From an uncultured bacterium (GTDB lineage: Bacteria; Cyanobacteriota; Cyanobacteriia; CAKZMO01), in assembly GCA_964465285.1 (NCBI GenBank), contig CAYXJG010000001.1, positions 5,655 through 45,890 on the forward strand: a DNA stretch of 40,236 nt. The letters run 5' to 3'. Position numbers and translations under genes: made by a program. Below are positions 26,787-33,658 of this stretch, one piece after another. How positions within the stretch are numbered: position 1 is the stretch's first letter; each line of letters starts with the position of its first letter. The notes under the pieces are model-generated. The model was not told the origin of the DNA. It saw nothing but the letters and a program-made list of their open reading frames with translations, and ran no database searches.

Positions 26787-26882
26787 GAAAATTAAATACC
26801 TTGAACTAAATTTGGCTGGAGCGGCGCGACGATGCCGCGCCGCTCCAGTAAGATTGAACTCGATTTAATCCTTGTTCCTAGG
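26787..26882. mobile_element. F4 MITE-like element
   Basis: GAAAATTAAATACCTTGAAC...GGAGCGGCGCGACGATGCCGCGCCGCTCC...GATTTAATCCTTGTTCCTAGG. Confidence 0.7.
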
Positions 26883-26883
26883 C

Positions 26884-26948
26884 TAAGTGAGGAGCATAAG
26901 TGAGGAGCATAAGTGAGGAGCATAAGTGAGGGGCATAAGTGAGGGGCA
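26884..26948 (+). repeat. 13-bp tandem repeat TAAGTGAGGAGCA x5 (last two copies GGGG variant)
   Basis: Units start at 26884, 26897, 26910, 26923 and 26936. The period is not a multiple of 3. Each unit contains a GAGGAG or GAGGGG core. Confidence 0.95.
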
Positions 26949-27015
26949 ACAAATCCCTTACGTCCATCATCATCTTCATTGCGTGATAAAAAAGAACATT
27001 GGGAGAGAACTGGTT

Positions 27016-27744
27016 GTGCCAAAGCTTGGTGTCAACATTGATCATATTGCAACCATCCGTCAGGCACGGCGTACCGTGGAGCCTGACCCAGTCGCTGCAG
27101 CCCTCCTCGCGGAACTGGCCGGAGCTGACGGCATCACCGCTCACCTGCGGGAAGACCGCCGCCATATTCAAGATCGAGATGTGCGCCTGTTGCGGCACAC
27201 TGTGCGAACTCACCTGAACTTGGAGATGGCCGCGACAGACGAAATGGTGGCGATCGCCCTGGATATCCGACCGGATTACGTGACGTTAGTTCCTGAGCGG
27301 CGAGAAGAGGTCACCACTGAAGGGGGGCTGGACGTGGCAGGGCAGCTTGAACGCATGAAAACGGTTATCTCTGCCCTCCAGGGGGCATCGATTCCCGTAA
27401 GCCTTTTCATTGATGCTGATCCCCAGCAAATTGATGCGTCTGCTACGACCCAGGCTCGCTTTATCGAGCTGCACACTGGCCCCTACGCAGAGGCGAAGGG
27501 TGAAGAAGCTCAGATGAAAGAATGGGAGGTGCTGCGCGTAGGATGTGAACGAGCGATCGACGCTGGTTTGCGCGTCAATGCAGGCCACGGCCTCACTTAT
27601 TGGAATGTGCATTCTGTTGCCTGTATTCGAGGTATGGAAGAACTGAACATCGGCCATACCATCATTAGCCGAGCTGCCCTGGTGGGGATGGAGCGAGCAG
27701 TGCGGGAAATGAAGCAAGCGATCCAGGGAACGGTATTATCATAG
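27016..27744 (+). CDS. pdxJ: pyridoxine 5'-phosphate synthase
   Basis: [41 protein letters not shown] and L.IGH. I chose GTG 27016 because the ORF-track ATG 26926 lies inside the 13-mer repeat. Confidence 0.9.
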   Translation: MPKLGVNIDHIATIRQARRTVEPDPVAAALLAELAGADGITAHLREDRRHIQDRDVRLLRHTVRTHLNLEMAATDEMVAIALDIRPDYVTLVPERREEVTTEGGLDVAGQLERMKTVISALQGASIPVSLFIDADPQQIDASATTQARFIELHTGPYAEAKGEEAQMKEWEVLRVGCERAIDAGLRVNAGHGLTYWNVHSVACIRGMEELNIGHTIISRAALVGMERAVREMKQAIQGTVLS

Positions 27745-27824
27745 ACTTCCGTATAGACCTTCGTTGCATCGAGATCTCCGTTGCGCTGGCTCCCATGAAA
27801 CCCCACTATCGAAGAAACTCTCTC

Positions 27825-27887
27825 TTGACTCCAATAAAAACGTTTGACTCAAACGAAAAAGATTAGCCCAAACGTAAAGGTTGACTC
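27825..27887 (+). repeat. three direct TTGACTC heptamers upstream of ycf54
   Basis: TTGACTC at 27825, 27844 and 27881. Two copies sit in the context ACG(T)..TTGACTC.AACG. Confidence 0.6.
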
Positions 27888-27919
27888 GAACGCAGCACAA
27901 ACCATAAGGAAACATAACC

Positions 27920-28249
27920 ATGACGACATACCATTATGTGCTAGCAAGCCAGCGGTTCCTGACTGAAGAAGAACCCCTCGAAGAGGTCTTGAGAGAGCGC
28001 ACCCGCAACTATCAAGAAAACGGGAAGGACGTTGACTTCTGGCTGATTAAGCAGCCTGCGTTTCTGGAAGCTCCTGCAATGTCAGCGATTAAGCAGAAAT
28101 GCCCCCAGCCCGCCGCCGCCATTGTTTCGACGAATCCCCAATTTATCACCTGGCTAAAGCTCCGCCTAGAGTTTGTCCTAACTGGAGAGTTTGAAGCACC
28201 GACAGAGGCCATTCCCGACCCCCTCGCCTCTGTCACTGCTGTTTCTTAG
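27920..28249 (+). CDS. ycf54: Ycf54 (DUF2488; Mg-protoporphyrin monomethyl ester cyclase complex factor)
   Basis: MTTYHYVLASQRFLTEEEPLEEVL.ER..NY and IVSTN..FI.WLKLRLE.VLTGEFEAP..AIPDPLAS match recalled Ycf54. Confidence 0.75.
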   Translation: MTTYHYVLASQRFLTEEEPLEEVLRERTRNYQENGKDVDFWLIKQPAFLEAPAMSAIKQKCPQPAAAIVSTNPQFITWLKLRLEFVLTGEFEAPTEAIPDPLASVTAVS

Positions 28250-28308
28250 GGCCTATTTGTGTCAAACTATCTGACAATTGTCTGCTCTGTTCTACTACCA
28301 GCTGAACC

Positions 28309-29016
28309 ATGCCCATGACTTTACGGCCTGTGCCGCGTAACGGTTTGCTTCGAAGATGGCTGTCCACGCTGTTTGCAGTAGCGCCAGGTTTGTTGTGGGC
28401 ATTGCCCATGAATGCCCAGGCACCATCGCTGTGTCAGTCTCCAGCGACAGGCGAATATGTGCTGTTAGTCGATAGTCAGACGGCAGAGGAACGCCAGCGC
28501 CTTGAGCAGGTCCTGCCTACGGGGGCCGAGGTCATTCCTTGCCAATATCTCAACCAGCCTGTGATTCGGGTGGGTACCTTTGAAAATGAAGAACTCGCCC
28601 GATCCTGGGCAGACTACCTGACCAATATTGAAGGATTTCAGACCACCGTAGCGCGGCCCCCCAGTGCTCCAGACCAGGGGGATTCTAATGAAGGAGCGGA
28701 GACATCGGCCCAGCCCGGAAACCAGACCAATACGGCAGCCTATTCCCCAGCGGTGATGGATACAGGATATGCTGTGCTGGTGCGATACTTTAACCGTCCC
28801 GAAATTGCAGTAGCCGTGCAGACTGTATTGAATGCGCCTGTGGGCTTAGCAGTGTACGAGCAGGAACCTTACTTGCTGGTCGCCTATAGTCCTGACCCGA
28901 CAGCAGCAGGTCAGGTGTTACAGGGGTTGAGCGATCGCCAGTTCAGCACGTTCATGGTGAATAGCCGGCAGGTCGTGGTTCTCACACCATCGGTTGCTAT
29001 TACCCCTGTGCCATAA
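28309..29016 (+). CDS. hypothetical secreted protein with two similar modules of about 70 aa
   Basis: Signal-like N-terminus (LSTLFAVAPGLLWALPMNAQA) and two repeats of a Y.LLV......-type module. The domain is not identified. Confidence 0.55.
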   Translation: MPMTLRPVPRNGLLRRWLSTLFAVAPGLLWALPMNAQAPSLCQSPATGEYVLLVDSQTAEERQRLEQVLPTGAEVIPCQYLNQPVIRVGTFENEELARSWADYLTNIEGFQTTVARPPSAPDQGDSNEGAETSAQPGNQTNTAAYSPAVMDTGYAVLVRYFNRPEIAVAVQTVLNAPVGLAVYEQEPYLLVAYSPDPTAAGQVLQGLSDRQFSTFMVNSRQVVVLTPSVAITPVP

Positions 29017-29070
29017 AAAAGGGCAAGCTAAGCTCCCCCTTCCTTGAGAGTTTTTATTCAAGTCTCCTAC

Positions 29071-29170
29071 ACGACTTGGCAAAGTTCTCAAATTCACAAC
29101 GCAAAGTAGGGGTTTGGGGCGCGCTGAGCGCGCCCCAAACCCCTACTTTGCCTGAAACTTGCCAAGTCGT
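29071..29170 (+). mobile_element. F1 MITE-like element, copy 9 (cleanest target-site duplication)
   Basis: ACGACTTGG...CCAAGTCGT flanked by a perfect 9-bp direct repeat GTCTCCTAC (29062-29070 and 29171-29179). Stem variant GCAAAGTAGGGGTTTGGGGCGCGC / GCGCGCCCCAAACCCCTACTTTGC is compensated at two positions. Confidence 0.9.
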
Positions 29171-29175
29171 GTCTC

Positions 29176-29640
29176 CTACCGCATCAGAGGCTTAGTGGAT
29201 GAAATGCCGTTGGGGAGGGTGTTAGGGGAGGCCGCCGACATCCCATGCTGCTCATAGTGCTTAGACGAGTTAGATGTGGACGATTCAGAAGGGCGATCGC
29301 TCGTCTCCAGGAACGCTGTCACATCCACAGGTAGGTCACTGGGCTGAATCGACGCCATGACGCCAAAAATGTATTGGGCAAATACCGCGTAGTCATTGGA
29401 CACAAACTCGTAGATTTTTTGAGCGTCATGAAGGGATGCGGTATTACTCTTGCTGTCCCGTAATGCTTGTGCCTGTGCAGCGTAGAAAGCAGCTTTCTTG
29501 TGGCACGCCACCAGAATACCCTGAATTGCCAGGTAACACTGCCGTGATGGATTGCGAATTATGGTGTAGAAAACTAGCGTCAGAGACATTAGCGCGATGC
29601 CCCAGGCAATCATTTCTCGAACACCAATCGTAAATTCCAT
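29176..29640 (-). CDS. hypothetical membrane protein (154 aa from ATG 29640)
   Basis: One clear TM helix (MIAWGIALMSLTLVFYTII). GAAGGA lies upstream of ATG 29640. The ORF-track start at 29694 is TTG. Confidence 0.45.
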   Translation of the reverse strand: MEFTIGVREMIAWGIALMSLTLVFYTIIRNPSRQCYLAIQGILVACHKKAAFYAAQAQALRDSKSNTASLHDAQKIYEFVSNDYAVFAQYIFGVMASIQPSDLPVDVTAFLETSDRPSESSTSNSSKHYEQHGMSAASPNTLPNGISSTKPLMR

Positions 29641-29758
29641 AGTGGCAGTTCCTTCAGCAGGTTGAAAAGCATACCCCTGAGATATTAAACCCAAAGGGTT
29701 GAATTCTTCCAGCTTTCAGGTTCAGGAACGAGAATTGAATCATGTGCGCGATAAAGTT

Positions 29759-30664
29759 CTAAGCGAAGGAACGGCGCAAGAGGGATCGAACTGCAAAAAG
29801 GGCGATCGCATCAAAGCCAACCAGCACCAGCAGTGCCGCCCACAGGGTCACTTCGCCAAAGGGGGCATTCATGACAACGCTCAATGCCGACCAATCGCTG
29901 TGAGTGTAGACATAACGAATCGGCTCAATGGCGTAGCTGAGGGGATTGAGGGACGCGACCCAGCGGAGCCAAACGGGCATGAAGGAGAGGGGCGCAAGGG
30001 CAGTGCTGGCAAAAAGCAAGGGTAGGTTCGTCACAAAGATAACCGCAATCAGCTCCACGTGCCCTGGTAGAGCAAAGGCGAGGGCAAGGCTTAGCCCAGT
30101 GACGCCCAGCACCAGTAACAGCACAATGGCGACCGTGAGCAAGAGTCCTGAGATGCCAGGCAGTCCCGCGCCCAAGACCGCGCTAGCGGCGACGATCGCT
30201 GCAGTCTGAATCACGCTGAGGGTGGCGATGAAGATAGAGGAGGCCAGCACAATGGAGAACCGGGATGCCAGCGGAGCCACTAGCAGTCGGTTAAGGAACC
30301 CGAATTCGCGGTCAAACATGACGGGGAGCCCCGCATTCAGCGCGCCGCTGAATGCGGTAAAGACAATAATGCCTGCCCCCAGGAACCGACCGTAGTTGAC
30401 CGCTTCGCCAAAGAGACCTTCGGGCACATTCTGAAATAGTGCGCCGAAGAGAATCAGCCACATGAGGGGCTGTATAACCCCAGCGACCAATGTGGAGGGA
30501 CGCCGCTGAAGCTGAATAAACAGTCGCTTGGTGAGCGCTGAGGTTTCCTGGATAAATTCACCGGAAAGGAGTCCGGGGGACTGGAGGGCGATCGCCCCTT
30601 GGCCTGCCGATGCCTGAGCAGTGATATTTTCAGAACCCTGAGGAGGCGTAATCGTTTGACTCAT
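29759..30664 (-). CDS. ABC-2 type transporter permease
   Basis: 301 aa, six TM helices, RRPSTLVAGVIQPLMWLILFG signature region and an AGGAG ribosome-binding site. No adjacent ATPase gene. Confidence 0.75.
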   Translation of the reverse strand: MSQTITPPQGSENITAQASAGQGAIALQSPGLLSGEFIQETSALTKRLFIQLQRRPSTLVAGVIQPLMWLILFGALFQNVPEGLFGEAVNYGRFLGAGIIVFTAFSGALNAGLPVMFDREFGFLNRLLVAPLASRFSIVLASSIFIATLSVIQTAAIVAASAVLGAGLPGISGLLLTVAIVLLLVLGVTGLSLALAFALPGHVELIAVIFVTNLPLLFASTALAPLSFMPVWLRWVASLNPLSYAIEPIRYVYTHSDWSALSVVMNAPFGEVTLWAALLVLVGFDAIALFAVRSLLRRSFA

Positions 30665-30831
30665 GGTACTCCTGAACGATATGGCTGAACAATACTGAGC
30701 GATATGCGTGCGTCAGTGTGCAATGCATTGCCTTTAGCCTAGCGTAAGTCCCGTTGGATTTGGAGTCCCTCACCACAATTCAGCAGAACATCAGGCCGTC
30801 AGCCCATACAATGGGGGTTATGTTTACAGCG

Positions 30832-30899
30832 GTGACAGGTTGGTTGCTGTGACAGGTTGGTTGCTGTGAACAGAGTTGTTGTGTGAATAGATTGACAAA
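30832..30899 (+). repeat. 17-bp tandem repeat, two perfect copies plus two decaying copies
   Basis: GTGACAGGTTGGTTGCT at 30832 and 30849, then GTGAACAGAGTTGTTGT and GTGAATAGATTGACAAA. Ends 18 nt before the hom start codon. Confidence 0.85.
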
Positions 30900-30917
30900 G
30901 AGTTTGGATAGATAGCT

Positions 30918-32246
30918 GTGGTTATTAAGATTGGTCTTTTGGGATGTGGAACCGTAGGAACCGGAACAGCACAAATTATTTTGCACCCCGACCAGCGTCA
31001 TCCCCTGGTGAATGATTTGGAGATCGTGAAAGTGGGCGTGCGATCGCCCGATAAACCCCGCCCTGTAGAGCTACCGGGCGATCGCTTCACTGCTGACCTG
31101 GAATCCATCGTGACCGATCCCGACATCGACATCATTGTAGAGGTCATGGGGGGTATTGAACCTGCCTGCTCCCTAGTTCTCAAGGCGATTCAACAGGGCA
31201 AGCATGTCGTTACGGCAAACAAAGCCCTCATTGCCCGCCACAGCGACGAAATTTTCTCAGCGGCGGAACAGTCAGGGGTGTATGTCTTGCTGGAAGCAGC
31301 AGTGGGTGGGGGGATTCCCGTCATCGAACCGCTGAAGCAGTCCCTCTGTGCCAACCGCATCAACCGCATCACTGGCATTCTTAACGGCACCACCAACTAC
31401 ATCCTCACCCGGATGCAGACGGAGGGCGGAGATTTCGAGTCAATTCTAAAAGACGCCCAAGCATTGGGCTACGCCGAAGCCGATCCTACCGCCGACGTGG
31501 ATGGACTAGACGCTGCCGACAAAATCGCCATTGTCGCGTCCTTAGCCTACGGAGGGCGCATCAACCTGGAGGAGGTTTACTGCGAGGGCATTCGCAAGAT
31601 TTCAGCCGCAGACATCATCTACGCCGACCGTTTGGGATTTGTCATTAAGCTTTTGGCGACAGCGCAGCGGAATCCTGCTCCCAACACAGCCCTTCCTGAG
31701 CACCTCCAGGTGCGTGTTCACCCGACCCTTGTCCCCAAAGACCATCCCCTGGCCAGCGTGAACGATGTGTTTAACGCCATCCTGGTGGAAGGCGACCCCA
31801 TTGGAAAAGTCATGTTCTATGGGCCGGGCGCAGGTTCTGGGCCTACAGCCAGCGCGGTTGTGTCGGATATTCTGAACATTGCTGCATTACTGAAGGTTGA
31901 ACGGGGCATCAGCACAAAGCCCGACGGCATGCCCATGCTCGATCCCCTCCTGGCTCCCTCCCACCAGCACCATTGCACCATCGAGCCTATTGATAACCTG
32001 GTGACCCGCTTCTACATCCGGCTATTGGCAAAGGACGAGCCCGGCGTCATTGGTACCGTCGGTACGTGCTTCGGCAAGAATAACGTCAGCCTGGAATCTG
32101 TCGTTCAAATTGGCATGAAGGACAAGCGGGCTGAAATTGTTGTTGTCACCCACGAAGTGTGCGAAGGCAATGTTCGCCAAGCCCTGGACGAGATCACCCG
32201 GTCTGATACGGTTGCCACTATTCCAAGCCTGTTAAGAGTTATCTAG
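30918..32246 (+). CDS. hom: homoserine dehydrogenase
   Basis: IGLLGCGTVGTG NAD-binding N-terminus, V.TANKAL, NGT.NYIL..M, YAEADPT.DV.G.D and a C-terminal ACT-like domain. GTG start. Confidence 0.9.
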   Translation: MVIKIGLLGCGTVGTGTAQIILHPDQRHPLVNDLEIVKVGVRSPDKPRPVELPGDRFTADLESIVTDPDIDIIVEVMGGIEPACSLVLKAIQQGKHVVTANKALIARHSDEIFSAAEQSGVYVLLEAAVGGGIPVIEPLKQSLCANRINRITGILNGTTNYILTRMQTEGGDFESILKDAQALGYAEADPTADVDGLDAADKIAIVASLAYGGRINLEEVYCEGIRKISAADIIYADRLGFVIKLLATAQRNPAPNTALPEHLQVRVHPTLVPKDHPLASVNDVFNAILVEGDPIGKVMFYGPGAGSGPTASAVVSDILNIAALLKVERGISTKPDGMPMLDPLLAPSHQHHCTIEPIDNLVTRFYIRLLAKDEPGVIGTVGTCFGKNNVSLESVVQIGMKDKRAEIVVVTHEVCEGNVRQALDEITRSDTVATIPSLLRVI

Positions 32247-32283
32247 AAGATGGATGTGACAAGTCCTGATATCAAGCCCTGAT

Positions 32284-33336
32284 ATGCTTCCACAGGCTAC
32301 AACTTTAATGTCTGAATTGCTGTTTGAATTGGGGTGTGATTTGAATTCATCTCCGCGTTCCCTGGGAATTAATGTAGTGATGCTGGGGTCGGTGTTCCTG
32401 GCGCTCCAAAATGTGATCCTGCGGTTCATCTTTGTGCCCAGTCCCCTGTTTGGGCAGGGGACGATTGGGGGATGGCTGGAGCCGAATTTTACGAATGCGC
32501 TGTTTTTGCTTTGGCTGCGGACGTTGCTGATGGCGGTGGTGCTGGTGACGATCGCCCCTCGTCTTCATCGTCCGGTGTTTTCGGATCTGCGTCGGCTCCT
32601 GGGCCAGCGATCGCTCCTGGGGTGGGTGGTGCTCAGTGGCGTGCTACTGGCAATTTCCCTTTCCTTGCTGAACCTGTCCATCAGCAAAATTGAGACGGGC
32701 ATCGCCATTGGGGTGTTTTTTACCCACCCCGCCTGGACAGTACTGCTGGCGTGGGGAGTGGGGGGCGATCGCCCCTCGCGGCTGCGGCTGTGGCTCATGG
32801 TTCTGATCGTTATCGGCATTATGCTCACTACCGCTCCTTCTGGCGGCATCGCGTCACCAAGTTTTGTCGTGGGGAGTCTGGTGGCGATCGCTGCCGCTGT
32901 CGTGTATGCCGTGTATAGCCTCATCACCCAACACTGCTTGCGGTCAACGCTGCCGCCCGCCAAGTGGAATGGCCGAAAACTCACATGCCTCCACCCCATT
33001 CCTTTTTCGATTTTCAATTTCGTGGTTGTAGTGGCAACGTCGAGCTTCATCTTGCTGAGTAGCGGTGGTGTTGATGTGGGTAAAGAGCCGCTTTCCCTGC
33101 TCCATGCGGGATTTTGGTCGGCGATCGCCGCTCTCCTCGCCTATGTCATGCTCAACGTTGGGGTCTCCTTGGTGGGTGCCGCCACCGCCAGCCTGTTCAG
33201 CTCGACCACGCCAATGCTTACTATTATCTTTGCCTGGATTGCCCTGGGTGAGACCTTACGAAGCTGGCAAATCATCGGCGTTCTCCTGGTTGCTGCCGGC
33301 ATTACAGCCCTTAGCCTTTCCAGTGAAAAATCGTAG
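32284..33336 (+). CDS. DMT superfamily (EamA-like) permease
   Basis: About 10 TM helices in two halves and a C-terminal ..GE......G..L...G motif. The start is uncertain (32284, 32308 or 32380). Confidence 0.65.
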   Translation: MLPQATTLMSELLFELGCDLNSSPRSLGINVVMLGSVFLALQNVILRFIFVPSPLFGQGTIGGWLEPNFTNALFLLWLRTLLMAVVLVTIAPRLHRPVFSDLRRLLGQRSLLGWVVLSGVLLAISLSLLNLSISKIETGIAIGVFFTHPAWTVLLAWGVGGDRPSRLRLWLMVLIVIGIMLTTAPSGGIASPSFVVGSLVAIAAAVVYAVYSLITQHCLRSTLPPAKWNGRKLTCLHPIPFSIFNFVVVVATSSFILLSSGGVDVGKEPLSLLHAGFWSAIAALLAYVMLNVGVSLVGAATASLFSSTTPMLTIIFAWIALGETLRSWQIIGVLLVAAGITALSLSSEKS

Positions 33337-33438
33337 CGGGTTCCTTGCCTGCGCTCGCACCCGCCACTGGACTTCTGCTGAGATGTGGCCCCACGAACTT
33401 AAGGGTTGCGTGAGTCCACCCCTGACCGTGAGGGTTAC

Positions 33439-33540
33439 ACGACTTGGCAAGTTTCGCGCAAAAATAGGGATTTGGGACGCGCTCTGCGCGCCCCAAATCC
33501 CTATTTTTGCGTTGTGAATTTGAGAACGTTGCCAAGTCGT
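33439..33540 (-). mobile_element. F1 MITE-like element, copy 10
   Basis: Flanks GAGGGTTAC (33430-33438) and GAGGGTTAA (33541-33549) match 8 of 9. Stem variant TAGGGATTT/AAATCCCTA. Confidence 0.9.
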
Positions 33541-33573
33541 GAGGGTTAAAGAGTGTGGCTATATGGCGATACT

Positions 33574-33658
33574 CAATCGATCGTGAACTGCTAAGTGAGA
33601 AGAGGGGGCGATCGCAGCCCGCCCCTCTTCTCACAAATCATTTGAGATTGCTATAGTT
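33574..33658 (-). repeat. about 90-bp repeat Y, inverted partner of 25764-25857; overlaps the last 7 codons of the tricorn-like CDS
   Basis: See 25764. The shared segment includes AACTATAGCAATCTCAAATGA (= N Y S N L K stop). Confidence 0.85.

Noticed and set aside
26884-26948. 13-mer x5 as an E. coli-type DNA-unwinding element
   Set aside because: The units are about 46% GC, not AT-rich. The AT-rich stretch at 26686-26730 is a better unwinding-element candidate. The repeat is kept as a separate finding with its function open.
29759-30664. Orphan ABC-2 permease as part of a novel system with the downstream 29176-29640 membrane protein
   Set aside because: Split ABC-2 permease and ATPase genes are common in cyanobacteria, the 64-nt gap and lack of any recognisable partner domain give no positive evidence, and there is nothing unusual in the sequence.
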